Made by a program: the position numbers and the translations under genes. Below, piece after piece: positions 39,692 through 50,924 of a stretch of 64,000 nucleotides of DNA. The notes beneath the pieces were generated by a model. It was not told the origin of the DNA. It saw nothing but the letters and a program-made list of their open reading frames with translations, and made no database searches. Source of the stretch: an uncultured Methanomicrobiales archaeon. Its GTDB lineage: Archaea > Halobacteriota > Methanomicrobia > Methanomicrobiales > Methanospirillaceae. Each line of letters opens with the position of its first letter. The stretch's first letter is position 1. The stretch spans positions 384,001-448,000 of the forward strand of contig OY969100.1 of NCBI GenBank assembly GCA_963697895.1. Reading direction: 5' to 3'.

Positions 39692-40016
39692 CCCGCGGAT
39701 CAGATATTCTCTCCCCGTTCACTATATGAGTTTGTATTGGTAACCGGGGCCTGAAGAAAACGGGTCACATGCGGGAATTCTATGGCTTGCCTAATTACTG
39801 GGATGCCCGGGATCCATTCAGAATTACGACTTACGATCAAACCTCACAGAATATCGGGCAACGATCTTTAAAAAATCCGACTACGGCGATCGCCACCCCC
39901 TATCCACCAGTTTCTTTTTTCCCACCCGGCTATCCGAGACGGTTATGGAATCAGGGAAAAAATATCAATTCATCACGTAAGGGTAAAAAAAACTTTGGGC
40001 AGTGACAGCATCCACC

Positions 40017-40388
40017 CTATAAATATCTGTTTTTCCGCAACCAGTCTACCTGCGGTTTTGTGTATCGGTACGAGATGTCGCACTTTTCGTCCTGGAAGCT
40101 CCATGGGATGACAATGAGGGTATCTCCTTCACGGATCCAGACCCGTTTCTTTATTTTGCCCTTTATCCTGCCCATACGGGTAACACCATCAATGCAGCGG
40201 ACACGAATATGATTTGCTCCCATCATCAGTTCGGCGTAAGCGAACATCTCACGGTTCCGTTTTTTAGGCACCCGAACACGGATGGTCTCGATGCCTGTCT
40301 CATTTACCGATTCAACGACAATATCGTCACTGCTGGCTTTTTGCGGATCATATCTAATAACTGATTCAACTCCCTGTTCATATATCAA
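40017..40388 (-). CDS. eif1a: Translation initiation factor aIF-1A
   Basis: MGANHIRVRCIDGVTRMGRIKGKIKKRVWIREGD...PWSFQ..RY; start uncertain. Confidence 0.93.
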   Translation of the reverse strand: MIYEQGVESVIRYDPQKASSDDIVVESVNETGIETIRVRVPKKRNREMFAYAELMMGANHIRVRCIDGVTRMGRIKGKIKKRVWIREGDTLIVIPWSFQDEKCDISYRYTKPQVDWLRKNRYL

Positions 40389-40672
40389 TGGCCTGTGGCG
40401 GCATTAACGTATGCCATCCCCCATTAAGGGAAGCCCGGATTTTTGTTTTTTTTTTGCCATACGGAGATCGGAATAAAACCTGCGAAATATCACGGGATAA
40501 AAAGTCCTCAAACCATATAGAGCAGTGCGATTATCTACGCGCTTTTCCCAGGTCCACCCCCCATTGCCGTTTTCGCTGGACACGCCATTCAATTTTCGGC
40601 ATTTTTAGATCGGGCTGAAGATTGTTTGGGATGGGTTTTTCGCATCTCCCGGCAAGATATCACGTGAAGTTC

Positions 40673-41068
40673 ATGACGGACATGGAGGAATTTTTTTCAC
40701 GGGATGCCTATGCAATGCATTCAGGAATCGAACTGGTTGCGGTCGGTCCCGGGAAGGCACGGGCCAGGATGAAGATCGATGAACGGCATCGGAACAGCCA
40801 CGGAACCGTTCACGGGGGTGCAATCTTCACCCTCGCCGATGCAGCATTTGCACTCGCTTCCAATTCCCACCATGTACCGGCTGCGGCGATCAACGCACAC
40901 ATTACGTATATAAAGGCTGCCCGGGAGGGGGTGCTCAGCGCGGAAGCCAAAGAGTTTGCTTTGAATCCCAAGCTGGCGACGTATATCGTCACGGTCACGG
41001 ATAGTGCCGGGGAGAAGGTAGCTCTCTTCGAGGGAATGGTCTACAGAAAGACACCCCGGAAAGAATAA
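40673..41068 (+). CDS. PaaI-family hotdog-fold thioesterase
   Basis: NSHGTVHGGAIFTLADAAFALASN. Confidence 0.88.
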   Translation: MTDMEEFFSRDAYAMHSGIELVAVGPGKARARMKIDERHRNSHGTVHGGAIFTLADAAFALASNSHHVPAAAINAHITYIKAAREGVLSAEAKEFALNPKLATYIVTVTDSAGEKVALFEGMVYRKTPRKE

Positions 41069-41091
41069 TCGGTAGGATCGAACGACTTTCT

Positions 41092-42090
41092 CTACTTTTT
41101 TCCTTCTCTCTCCTTATCCGGACCCGTAATCTCATTTACCGTGCAGGTGGATGCACAGCGATCGCAGATCTTCTCATCGCATGGCTCTATATGAATGGTT
41201 ATACTGGTCCGTGGAAATTCGAATTTCAAGTCTGATTCAAGGTGATCGGCGATATCATGTGCTTGCTGAACACTCAGGTTCTTCGGTACGACAAGGTGCA
41301 GATCGATGAAGCGGTCTGGTCCTGAACGACGGGTACGAAGGTCATGAAAATTGCTGTAATCGGTACAGTGTTCGCAGATGATCTGCCGAATCCGCTCTTC
41401 CTCCTGGTCCGGAAGTCTCGTATCGATCAGATCGGCAAGCGAACGCCGGGTGAGATCATAAGCTGTTTTGATGATGATCATTGCGACACCGATAGCAAAT
41501 ATCGGATCGAGTATAGTCAGACCGGTGAGGCGAATTGCGATAAGGCCCGCAAAGACACCAAGAGAGGTAAACACATCGGTCCGGAGATGCCACGCATCGC
41601 TCTCCAGGGCAATGGATTCGGACTCTTTTGCGACTTTCATGAGCCGGGATGATACAAATAAGTTCACCAGGACGGATACTAACATGATTGCAATACCGAT
41701 TCCAATAAGGTTCAGGTCGAGTGTTTCCTCACCATAGATTAGTTTGTTGATCGCTTCGTACAGAATCAGGGCTGCCGCTACAAAGATCAGGGTGGCTTCT
41801 GCGAGTCCGGAGATATCCTCGAACTTTCCATGTCCGAATGCATGGATATTATCGGGAGGTTCACTTGACTTTCGCACGGAGAAATAGGCAATAATCGCCG
41901 CCATCAGGTCGATTCCGGAATGGATCGCTTCCGATATGATACTTACTGATCCGATCCCGATACCAACAACCAGTTTCAGAATGACCAGAAATGTGTTGGA
42001 TGCAACCGACAGGCGGGCGGTTTTCTGTTTTTTCTTATTCAGTTCTGATTCGACAGTCCCTGGCTCCCGCGAGGCACTGGTCATGGTCAT
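41092..42090 (-). CDS. Cation diffusion facilitator (FieF-like) metal exporter
   Basis: SEAIHSGID, HAFGHGKFE, DAWHLRTD, LRTRRSG, AHDIAD, IHIEPC; Cys-rich tail. Confidence 0.92.
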   Translation of the reverse strand: MTMTSASREPGTVESELNKKKQKTARLSVASNTFLVILKLVVGIGIGSVSIISEAIHSGIDLMAAIIAYFSVRKSSEPPDNIHAFGHGKFEDISGLAEATLIFVAAALILYEAINKLIYGEETLDLNLIGIGIAIMLVSVLVNLFVSSRLMKVAKESESIALESDAWHLRTDVFTSLGVFAGLIAIRLTGLTILDPIFAIGVAMIIIKTAYDLTRRSLADLIDTRLPDQEEERIRQIICEHCTDYSNFHDLRTRRSGPDRFIDLHLVVPKNLSVQQAHDIADHLESDLKFEFPRTSITIHIEPCDEKICDRCASTCTVNEITGPDKEREGKK

Positions 42091-42374
42091 GATCTTTTTA
42101 TGTTGGTACTGCCTGATTAAAGGGTTTGTGTTTCAAAGGGCAATCTGAACAGAGTTCTTCCATTTAATCTATTCTCTATATACCGTATATCCACGTGTCC
42201 TTACTCATATCCCTCCGGGATGAGATCTTTCTGTTTTCTTCAAGCCACCCGGGTGCTCGCGGATAAACAGTCCAGAAAACAATTCGGGTGCGGTGCCTGT
42301 TCCGATTTTCCTGAAACGCTTATATACTTCCCAGTCCTTGGTAAGTCGTACGAATATATTTGAGGAAAAATCCA

Positions 42375-42656
42375 ATGAAGATTGAACATGTCCCGGGATT
42401 GAACAGAGGAAAGATCATCCTTTATGCGCTATCCACCTGCGGATGGTGCGCCAAGACAAAGGCGTTGTTGTCCGAGTTAGGGGTGGATTATTATTTCATC
42501 TATGTGGATCTTCTGCCAGCGGAAGAGATGGACAAAGTAATGGCAGATGTAGAGAAATATAACCCAAAAGGATCCTTTCCCACCCTTGTTATCAATGATT
42601 CGAAATGCATCGTGGGATTCCGCGAGGAAGAGATCAGAGGAGTGCTCGGAGGATGA
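42375..42656 (+). CDS. Glutaredoxin-like protein (methanoredoxin-like)
   Basis: [28 protein letters not shown]. Confidence 0.88.
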   Translation: MKIEHVPGLNRGKIILYALSTCGWCAKTKALLSELGVDYYFIYVDLLPAEEMDKVMADVEKYNPKGSFPTLVINDSKCIVGFREEEIRGVLGG

Positions 42657-43162
42657 ATGCGACGGATATAACCCCCGAATCCGTGGAGCGACGATATAAG
42701 GAATTATTTGAAGAGGCAGAGGCCGGTGGATATCACCTCCATCCGGACGTTCCTTTCGTAAAAAACCTCATCCGCGGCTTGATCGTGAACGAACGCCGGT
42801 ACGGATACCAATCCTGCCCGTGCAGACTTGCATCCGGCAACCGGGCGGATGATCTTGATATTATCTGTCCCTGTGATTATCGGGATCCGGATCTGGATGA
42901 ATACGGGGGATGTTATTGTGCCCTTTATGTGGCAAAAGCGGTCATCACCGGGGATCGAACGCTCGGGTCGATACCGGAACGGCGCCCACCCCGGACCAAG
43001 CGTATGGTATCAGGAAAATTGCTGTCAGAACCTTCGTTATCCCCTCTGTCATACCCGATCTGGCGATGCAGGGTTTGCGGATACATATGCGCCCGTGACG
43101 AACCTCCGCTCCAGTGTCCGATCTGTAAGGTCAGTAAAGACCGCTTTGAGCGTTTTATGTAA
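42653..43162 (+). CDS. Ferredoxin:thioredoxin-reductase-like disulfide reductase with C-terminal rubredoxin (FDR-type)
   Basis: CPCR, CPCDY, CYCALY FTR motifs; WRCRVCGY...CPICK rubredoxin; ATGA overlap with the upstream gene. Confidence 0.9.
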   Translation: MNATDITPESVERRYKELFEEAEAGGYHLHPDVPFVKNLIRGLIVNERRYGYQSCPCRLASGNRADDLDIICPCDYRDPDLDEYGGCYCALYVAKAVITGDRTLGSIPERRPPRTKRMVSGKLLSEPSLSPLSYPIWRCRVCGYICARDEPPLQCPICKVSKDRFERFM

Positions 43163-43244
43163 ATTAATTCTCCTACCGGATATTTTTTTACAGATTTCTG
43201 CCGGAAAGGATAGGACTAAAGTCATCGAAGGTAAACCTTAGATC

Positions 43245-43646
43245 ATGAAAAATAGCCAAAATACCCCTCAATCAGCCGGAAAGACTGCGCATCGCGTCGG
43301 TCCCGAGAAAAATAAATCCCTGCTTATTGAAATTGTTGGCCTGAAAGATTCTTCATGCTCTCCGTTCCCCTGCGATGAAACAAGAAGTTGCGGACTGAAC
43401 CAATGCCATCCCTCGGGAAATCTGGTCACTGCAACCCGGGCATTGACAGACGAGCTGAGAGTTATTCACGGCGACTCCGTTACCGTGAAACTTATACTCG
43501 TGGATAATGGAATGCCCGGACATGTAAGAGATGTTATTGATCGCGAATGTCCCCCGATTCCGTTCATCCTCGTGGAGGGAAAGCTCGTGCCCATGGGAAG
43601 AATATCCCTGCCACAGCTGGAGAAAGAGATCGAAAAATATTTTTGA
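43245..43646 (+). CDS. Cys-rich thioredoxin-fold-like hypothetical protein
   Basis: CSPFPCDETRSCGLNQC cluster; C-terminal PIPFILVEGKLV..GRI. Confidence 0.65.
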   Translation: MKNSQNTPQSAGKTAHRVGPEKNKSLLIEIVGLKDSSCSPFPCDETRSCGLNQCHPSGNLVTATRALTDELRVIHGDSVTVKLILVDNGMPGHVRDVIDRECPPIPFILVEGKLVPMGRISLPQLEKEIEKYF

Positions 43647-43691
43647 ACATAATGTTCCCGAGAGGATCGAACCTTTTTTTTATGATCGCGG

Positions 43692-44276
43692 TTATAAAAC
43701 CCGTGAAAGACTACCGGTTGCCAGATCATAATAGAGGCCGTGAACGGTGATCCTTCCTTCATCCACTGCCTCCTTAATGAACGGGTACGTCATCAGGTGT
43801 TCCAGCTGGAGCCGCACATTCTCCTGCTCAATATTACGGTTTCTCTCCCTCGCTTCATCTGGTGTTGCGGGCTTTGAAATCCGGCTGTCCACCCGCGCTT
43901 TCGCTTCCCGTGCATTATTCAACCAGAGAGGGATGTAGGAATCGTTCTTAAGATCTTTGTCAAGCGCTTTGATCGCTCCGCAATCCGAATGCCCGCAAAT
44001 GACAATCTCCTCCACCTTCAGGTGTCTGACCGCATATTCCAGAACGGTGGCAAAATTCCAGTCGTGATTCGGCGCGATATTCCCGATATTACGTTGGATG
44101 AACAACTCGCCGGGGCCGGAACCCGTGATACGTTCCGGGTTCACCCTCGAGTCCGAGCATCCGATCCAGAGCACTTTTGGATTCTGGCCGCTCACCAGTT
44201 CCCGGTATCGCTCTATATTCTCGTGGTAATCAGTCTCCCTGAATCTCAGGTTACCGAGGAGTAAATGCTCAATCAT
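43692..44276 (-). CDS. Beta-class carbonic anhydrase
   Basis: CSDSRV, RNIGN, CGHSDCGA, GLYYD. Confidence 0.93.
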   Translation of the reverse strand: MIEHLLLGNLRFRETDYHENIERYRELVSGQNPKVLWIGCSDSRVNPERITGSGPGELFIQRNIGNIAPNHDWNFATVLEYAVRHLKVEEIVICGHSDCGAIKALDKDLKNDSYIPLWLNNAREAKARVDSRISKPATPDEARERNRNIEQENVRLQLEHLMTYPFIKEAVDEGRITVHGLYYDLATGSLSRVL

Positions 44277-44521
44277 GTTATTCCCACCCAAAATCCTGCA
44301 TCTGATCGCGCAGCAATCCGGTACATTCGTTATGTACGTTCCTATCAATTAAATCTTATTTTCCCCTGCCCGGAACTTTGTCTGCTCACGGCCGGAGAAT
44401 TCTGCCCGATACCGGTTGTATAGGTTCATACCCTTACCCACCAAAAACTTATGAAAATGATGTGAGAGCCGTATAATACCCCTACTCGAAACAAGAGGAT
44501 GGACAATCCTGCTGATGACCT

Positions 44522-45259
44522 ATGACAAATATCCACATGCCGTACCGGTTCTGGGAGATCGATGCCGCCCGGGGCGTTGCAATTGTCATGATGGTCCTCT
44601 TTCACACGTTATTTGACATCAGCTTTCTCGGGATATACCCGGTTCAGGTCTCTACAGGATTCTGGAGATTTTTCGCCGCTGCAACGGCAACCCTGTTTCT
44701 CTTCCTGGTCGGCCTGTCATTTAGTATCAGTGCCGCTCATGCAACAAAACACCTCAGCAGGAGGGAATTTTATCTCAAATTTTTGAAACGGGGATTATTC
44801 ATCTTCTCTCTCGGCATTGCAGCGACGATCGTAACCTGGCTCTATCTGGGGAACGGGTATATCGTCTTTGGTATCCTGCACCTGATCGGTATATCCATCA
44901 TCCTCGCGCCTTTGTTCCACCGGTTTACCTGGATGAATTTGATTGCCGGCTCCGGGATAATTATCCTCGGGGCCTTTATTCAGGGAATTTACGGTCCGAT
45001 CTACCTGGTCTGGCTGGGAATCCACCCGATATCCTTTTATAGTGTCGATTATACGCCACTCATTCCCTGGTTTGGTGTTGTTCTGATAGGTATATTCGCA
45101 GGAAAGATCCTGTATCCTGACGGTCAGAGGACAACTCCTCCCAAAAACAACCCTCATCCTCACGAAAAGGGGCTGATGTTCCTCGGGAGGCATTCACTCC
45201 TCATATACCTGCTTCATCAACCAGTGATAATCCTTATCCTGACGGCGCTGGGTGGCTGA
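44522..45259 (+). CDS. DUF1624 / HGSNAT-like membrane acyltransferase
   Basis: EIDAARGVAIVMMVLFH, FGILHLIG, DYTPLIPW, GRHSLLIYLLHQP. Confidence 0.85.
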   Translation: MTNIHMPYRFWEIDAARGVAIVMMVLFHTLFDISFLGIYPVQVSTGFWRFFAAATATLFLFLVGLSFSISAAHATKHLSRREFYLKFLKRGLFIFSLGIAATIVTWLYLGNGYIVFGILHLIGISIILAPLFHRFTWMNLIAGSGIIILGAFIQGIYGPIYLVWLGIHPISFYSVDYTPLIPWFGVVLIGIFAGKILYPDGQRTTPPKNNPHPHEKGLMFLGRHSLLIYLLHQPVIILILTALGG

Positions 45260-45373
45260 AGACTCCAATTCAAAGATCCGGATTATCAGTAAAAAAATAG
45301 AAAAAAATAACGCTCTCATTCCTTTTTCTTTGAACCGTTATCCTGCACCCGTGCGTCCGAATCTGCTTAAACA

Positions 45374-47047
45374 TCATTCAGGGGAAAGTATCGGTATATC
45401 CCGGAAGGCATCGACATCATAGGGTCCCCGATCAGTGACGCGGAGATGCGGTATCACCGTAAGGGAGAGGAATGAGAGTTGCATGAAGGGATCCGGGATA
45501 CTGTCCATCCGTTCCGTATGGAGGAGGAGTTCTCTCAGTTGATCGGCAACCTGTTCATACGGATCGACAGACATCAGGCCGGCGCACGCCAGGGGAAGAA
45601 ACGTCCGTTCTCTGCCGGATACGGCTGCCAGTCCGCCCTGTGCCCGGATCACTGCATGCAATGCCTCAATGATATCCCGGTCACTGACACCGACCGCGAT
45701 GATGTTATGCGCGTCATGCGAAACACTTCCAGCAATGGCCCCCCTTACCAGACCAAACCCATGCACAAGACCGAGGCCGATTCGTCCCGGATGGTAGCGA
45801 CTGACCACGACCACCTTGAGGATATCCCGTGAAAGATCCGGGATCTCCTTGGTGTCTATTGTATACGTGAGTTTTTCGGTCACGATTTGATTGGGGATAA
45901 TCCCGATGACATTCGCCTGACCTTGACCGGGAATGTTAATCTGATGCGGATCAGGCGGGTAGCAGCCAAAATGGCATCTCAGCGCTTTGACTGGTTTTAT
46001 CGCCCCTGGAGTAACCGGAATGCCTTTCTTGAATGTTTTTTCTATATGACAACCCGAACGTTCTCTCAAAATACAGAAATCGGCCAGTCTTCCCGGTGCG
46101 ATTGCACCACGATCCGTTAAGCCGAACCGGTCTGATGCAGAAAGCGTGGCCATTCTGAATGCAAGTTCGGGCGAAACCCCGCTGGCGATTGCCTTCCGGA
46201 CACAATCATCTATATGGCCGGCCGCCATCAGCTGAACCACATGCCGGTCATCCGTTGCAAACGAACACCGGCTCACCGTATAGGATGAAATGAGTGGGAT
46301 CAATGCATTCAGATTCCGCTCTGTCGAGCCTTCCCGCAGGAATATATACATCCCCTTTGCCAGTTTTTCCGCGGCTTCGTTGAGCGAGACGGACTCGTGA
46401 TCGCTCTGTATGCCGGATAGTATGTACGCGTTCAGAGCTTTTCCCCGCAGAAAAGGGGCATGTCCGTCGATCACCCTGCTTAACCCTAATTTTTTCCAGA
46501 TCTCAGTGTCCCCCGAGAGGACCCCCGGGACATTCATCATCTCCCCGAGACCGAGCACACCGGGAATACCCATGAAGGGTTCCAGATCTTCGGCATTGAG
46601 GATTCCACCCCCCTGTTCCGTGGGGGTCGCCGGAACACAGGAAGGGAGCATGACAAACAGATCGATCGGAAGATCTTCCCTCTCTCCCAGAAAAAATCTG
46701 ATCCCTTCCGCGCCGCAAACATTGGCGATCTCGTGCGGGTCTGCGATTACCGTGGTCGTACCGTGGCCGATCACCAGCCGTGCATATTCCTGGGGATGTA
46801 AAAGGGAGCTTTCGATATGCACGTGTGCATCGATCAACCCCGGGATTACCGGGGAACCCTGCAGATCATACACCTGACGCCCCGGATATGTACCGGTTCC
46901 GAGGACGATACCATTCTTTACCGCGAAATCCGTGCTTTCCCAATCACCGGTGAATGGGTTGAACAGGTCAGCATTCTGAAACACGATATCTGCCGGATCT
47001 TCACCTTTGGCGGCGGAAACGAGGTTTTTTCGATCGGACACCTTCAT
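45374..47047 (-). CDS. ade: Adenine deaminase
   Basis: PGLIDAHVHIESS, DPHEIANV, PSCVPAT, DGHAP, SDHE, REGS, TDD, SHDAHN. Confidence 0.94.
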   Translation of the reverse strand: MKVSDRKNLVSAAKGEDPADIVFQNADLFNPFTGDWESTDFAVKNGIVLGTGTYPGRQVYDLQGSPVIPGLIDAHVHIESSLLHPQEYARLVIGHGTTTVIADPHEIANVCGAEGIRFFLGEREDLPIDLFVMLPSCVPATPTEQGGGILNAEDLEPFMGIPGVLGLGEMMNVPGVLSGDTEIWKKLGLSRVIDGHAPFLRGKALNAYILSGIQSDHESVSLNEAAEKLAKGMYIFLREGSTERNLNALIPLISSYTVSRCSFATDDRHVVQLMAAGHIDDCVRKAIASGVSPELAFRMATLSASDRFGLTDRGAIAPGRLADFCILRERSGCHIEKTFKKGIPVTPGAIKPVKALRCHFGCYPPDPHQINIPGQGQANVIGIIPNQIVTEKLTYTIDTKEIPDLSRDILKVVVVSRYHPGRIGLGLVHGFGLVRGAIAGSVSHDAHNIIAVGVSDRDIIEALHAVIRAQGGLAAVSGRERTFLPLACAGLMSVDPYEQVADQLRELLLHTERMDSIPDPFMQLSFLSLTVIPHLRVTDRGPYDVDAFRDIPILSPE

Positions 47048-47341
47048 CGTTTATTCATCCCTCCCCTGATTTCTTGTTAATCTTCTCATTGATGGGAATA
47101 AAAAGATATTTTCCCTATTATTACGGATATATGGTCTTCGATATAATGGCCCATTATCAGGACGTCTGATTTTATAGTGAAACTTCCCGGCATTCAGGGC
47201 ATTCCCCGAACCCTGAAAACCGATTCCGATCGTTGATAGATGATGATGGATGGGACGACAGAGTTAAACGCCCCTTGCGCTGGTTCCATAGCAATATATT
47301 TGTCCCTTGCTATCGAATAGCATGTCAGGAAGTAGCAGGGA

Positions 47342-48076
47342 ATGATTCTGCTGGAAGTGGAGGGGGTCACAAAAAAATTCGGCGGGCTTGTGGCCGTAAA
47401 TAATGTCGATATGACGGTCAGGGAAGGGGAAATACTTGGGCTGGTCGGACCGAACGGCGCCGGCAAGACTACGCTCCTGAACCTGATATCGGGAATCTAC
47501 CACCCGGATACCGGCTCCATCCTTTACCGGGGTGAAGAAATCACCCGGTTAAGCCTGAATAAAATATGTAAGAAAGGAATTGCAAAAACATTCCAGCAGA
47601 CCCATTCCTTCCCCGGTCTTTCGGCAAGAGAGGGTGTGATGATCAGTGCCCTTTTTGGAAACGGTCGAAAAATCAGTATGGGTGAGGCGCGTACAGAAGC
47701 CGCATCATACCTGGAAGATGTCGGGTTTCCGCGGGAGAGGATTGACCTGCCATTGGCAAACCTGAATGTCATCGAGCTCCGGAGGACCCAGCTTGCCCGT
47801 GCCCTGGCATCGAAGCCGAAAATTCTCCTGCTCGACGAACTCCTCACCGGGTTGAACCCGAGCGAAGGGACGGAGGCTATTACCCTGATTAAGCGCCTGC
47901 GGGACACAGGGATCACGATCATCATGATCGAGCACGTGATGCGAGTCATCATGGGCGTATCGGACAGAATGGTTGTTCTGGACAGCGGTGAGAAGATCGC
48001 GGATGGTAATCCTGAAGAGGTAATCAGGGATCCGCGGGTCATCGATTCATACCTCGGCGAACGATACGCCCATTAG
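47342..48076 (+). CDS. livG: HAAT/branched-chain amino acid ABC transporter ATPase
   Basis: FGGLVAV, GPNGAGKTT, LLLDE, IEHVM, YLG. Confidence 0.88.
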   Translation: MILLEVEGVTKKFGGLVAVNNVDMTVREGEILGLVGPNGAGKTTLLNLISGIYHPDTGSILYRGEEITRLSLNKICKKGIAKTFQQTHSFPGLSAREGVMISALFGNGRKISMGEARTEAASYLEDVGFPRERIDLPLANLNVIELRRTQLARALASKPKILLLDELLTGLNPSEGTEAITLIKRLRDTGITIIMIEHVMRVIMGVSDRMVVLDSGEKIADGNPEEVIRDPRVIDSYLGERYAH

Positions 48077-48088
48077 GAGGTATTCTTT

Positions 48089-48784
48089 ATGCTCGACATC
48101 CATGGACTGAACGTCTATTACGACAACCTGCAGGTTCTCTGGGACGTTTCACTCCATATCGATCCCGGAGAGATCGTTACCCTCCTCGGTGCGAACGGTG
48201 CGGGCAAGAGTTCCCTTGTTCAGGCAATCTTCGGTCTCACGAAAAGCAGAACAGGGACCATCGAGTTCGAAGGAACCGATATTACTGGTTTGCCGCCATA
48301 TGAAGTGGTAAAACGTGGTCTCAGCCTCGTTCCCGAAAAAAGGGAACTTTTTCCGAAGATGACCGTCCGGGAAAACCTTGACCTCGGGGGATATTCAAGA
48401 GGGGAATATGAGGTGAATTTTGAAGAAATATTCTCCCTTTTTCCGGTCCTCAAGGAGCGGGAAAGGCAACTTGCCGGAACCCTCTCGGGTGGGGAGCAGC
48501 AGATGCTCGCGATTGCCCGGAGCCTCATGGCAAAACCGAAGATACTGGTGTTGGATGAACCCTCACTCGGGCTTTCCCCCTTATTCGTGACGACGGTCCT
48601 GGATACAGTCTCTGTTCTGAACCGTCAGGGGCTGACAATCCTTCTGGTCGAACAGAATGTTCAGCACGCCCTCGAGATCTCACATCGAGGGTATATACTC
48701 GAGAATGGAAGGATCACCCTCGAGGGACTGGCTGCCGATCTCCTCTTGGACGATCACATTAAGAGCGCATATCTCGGGCTGTAA
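48089..48784 (+). CDS. livF: HAAT ABC transporter ATPase
   Basis: GANGAGKS, LSGGEQQMLAIAR, LDEPSLGLSP, VEQN. Confidence 0.9.
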   Translation: MLDIHGLNVYYDNLQVLWDVSLHIDPGEIVTLLGANGAGKSSLVQAIFGLTKSRTGTIEFEGTDITGLPPYEVVKRGLSLVPEKRELFPKMTVRENLDLGGYSRGEYEVNFEEIFSLFPVLKERERQLAGTLSGGEQQMLAIARSLMAKPKILVLDEPSLGLSPLFVTTVLDTVSVLNRQGLTILLVEQNVQHALEISHRGYILENGRITLEGLAADLLLDDHIKSAYLGL

Positions 48785-49022
48785 AGGTCTTTAACCCCTT
48801 TTGCTGTTCCGGGACACATTCTTTCGTACCAATTCACCCGGACAAAAGCCTTACTGATATTGACGATTGAAAATCACCGTCCAATCGGAGAGATCGTGTT
48901 TTTTCGTAAAACCTAAGTATGAAGAACGTTTCAGGGGATATCGTCACAATTAGATTTTTAAAAATATCCTGTAAATTCCCGAAGAAATCTCTTTTTCGGT
49001 GATCTGTGAGTTGAACAGAATA

Positions 49023-49988
49023 TTATCGGTTATCTTTCCTTGCCCTCCATTCTTTGATCCTATCCGGGAGTGAAACCATTCCCTTCGGGAGGAATATGAT
49101 GATAACCACCAGTAGAACACCGATAATGATGAAACGGCCGTAAGAAAGACCGAGTGACTGCAGACTATCCCAGAGGAGCGTGATAACCACGGTTCCGATC
49201 ACCGGTCCGGCGAGAGTCCCGAGGCCCCCTGCGATCGAGTAGATGATCGGCCAGAACGAAATGTCGACGCCAAAGATCTCCGGGGTGATATAACCGAGAT
49301 AGTGAACCTCCAGGGCACCGGCAAGCCCGGCGAAATATGCGCTCACCATAAATGCAAAGAGTTTGTACCGGACCGGGTCAACCCCTGCCGCCCGCGCTTC
49401 GAGTTCGTTTTCCCGGATTGCAGAAAAAGCGAGGCCTATTCGGGAGTTTAAGATGAACATGAACAGGAGGATTACAAGTATGGCGATAAGGAGGATCGAA
49501 TAATATTCGTAGACAAGGTAGTTCGGCACGCTGCTGCTGATCAGTGGGGGCGATGCGACGCCATCCCAGCCCCCGGTGATGGACGCGAACTGGCTCGCCA
49601 CAATGACCTGGATGATGATTGCGAAGCCGAAGGTGACCATGGCGAGGAACCATTCCTTCAGTCGCACGCAGATAATGCCGATGAAAAGGCCGGCCGCGGC
49701 CGCGGCCGCTCCCCCGACAAATATCGTCAGATAAGGAGTGAGTCCGCTCTTAACGGCAACCAGCGTCGAGATATACCCCCCGATACCGAAGAACGCTGCA
49801 TGGCCCAGGGATCCCTGGCCGGTGTAGGTAAGAAAATTCCATGCCGAGGCGAAGATGATGAAGACCAGCATAATGATGAGAACAGTCAGGTAATAGACAT
49901 TGAGTCCGGTTACGAGGGGAATGAGAATGGCGCCTGCCAGTGTCGCCATTATGATATACCAGACCATCCGTCTCCTGTCCATCGCCAT
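49023..49988 (-). CDS. livM: HAAT ABC transporter permease
   Basis: GQGSLGHAAFFGIGGY, AIRENE..A.AAGV, GGLGTLAGP, PKG. Confidence 0.88.
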   Translation of the reverse strand: MAMDRRRMVWYIIMATLAGAILIPLVTGLNVYYLTVLIIMLVFIIFASAWNFLTYTGQGSLGHAAFFGIGGYISTLVAVKSGLTPYLTIFVGGAAAAAAGLFIGIICVRLKEWFLAMVTFGFAIIIQVIVASQFASITGGWDGVASPPLISSSVPNYLVYEYYSILLIAILVILLFMFILNSRIGLAFSAIRENELEARAAGVDPVRYKLFAFMVSAYFAGLAGALEVHYLGYITPEIFGVDISFWPIIYSIAGGLGTLAGPVIGTVVITLLWDSLQSLGLSYGRFIIIGVLLVVIIIFLPKGMVSLPDRIKEWRARKDNR

Positions 49989-49991
49989 TTC

Positions 49992-50873
49992 CTACTCCCC
50001 CGATTCCCCGAATAACCCGGTGGGCCTGAATATCAGCACGACAATCAGGATGAGGAATGCGATTGCATCCTTCCACGCCCCCCCAATCGTGAATATGGTG
50101 AAATTTTCTGCGATACCGAGGATCAGCCCGGCGATAATTGCCCCCGGAATGCTCCCGAGTCCGCCGATGATCACGATGGCAAATGCCTTGACAGCAGGAA
50201 TCGATCCCATGTACGGGTTGAACACCTGGCCGCTCACGACCCATAGCGTGCCTGCTGCACCGGCAAGCCCCGCCCCGATACCGAAACTGATCATGTCCAT
50301 CTGCTCGACATTGATTCCCATGAGCATGGCTGCTTTCCGGTTCTGGCTTGTGGCCCGGATCGCACGACCAAGAATGGACCTTTTCAGGAAGATATAGAGC
50401 CCCGCGAGGATCCCTGCCGTCATTGCGATGATAATGATATAATCGAGAGGAATCTGCATGCCGCCGATCGGGACCGTGATCGATTCGAAAGGGCTATGGA
50501 TAACCCGCCACTCATCTCCCCAGATCAGGGCGGCTGCGTTTTCCAGGATGTAGATCAGGCCGATACTGATAAATATCTCGTTGAGCTTCCCCGTCCCGAG
50601 TATCGGCCGGAAACAGAGCCGTTCGATGCCCACCCCGACCAGGATCAGTATCGGGATCGAAGCAGCCAGGAGCACGTACGGGTTGAACCCCGAGATCACG
50701 AAGAAGGTGAACGTCACATAGGCCCCTATCATAAGCAACTGCCCGTGGGCAAAGTTCACGACCTTCATCACCCCGAAGATGAGGTTAAGACCGGTCGCAA
50801 GCAGGATATAAATACACCCTGCATACAGTCCCCAGACAGTGACCTGTATGATAATATCAATGCCAACGTCCAT
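49992..50873 (-). CDS. livH: HAAT ABC transporter permease
   Basis: GLNLIFGVMKVVNFAHG, GRAIRA, GGLGSIPGA, RPTGLFG. Confidence 0.9.
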   Translation of the reverse strand: MDVGIDIIIQVTVWGLYAGCIYILLATGLNLIFGVMKVVNFAHGQLLMIGAYVTFTFFVISGFNPYVLLAASIPILILVGVGIERLCFRPILGTGKLNEIFISIGLIYILENAAALIWGDEWRVIHSPFESITVPIGGMQIPLDYIIIIAMTAGILAGLYIFLKRSILGRAIRATSQNRKAAMLMGINVEQMDMISFGIGAGLAGAAGTLWVVSGQVFNPYMGSIPAVKAFAIVIIGGLGSIPGAIIAGLILGIAENFTIFTIGGAWKDAIAFLILIVVLIFRPTGLFGESGE

Positions 50874-50924
50874 CGATCAAATCCTGCAGGGAACCCGCGA
50901 TTAAAAAATATGTGGTGATGGATG

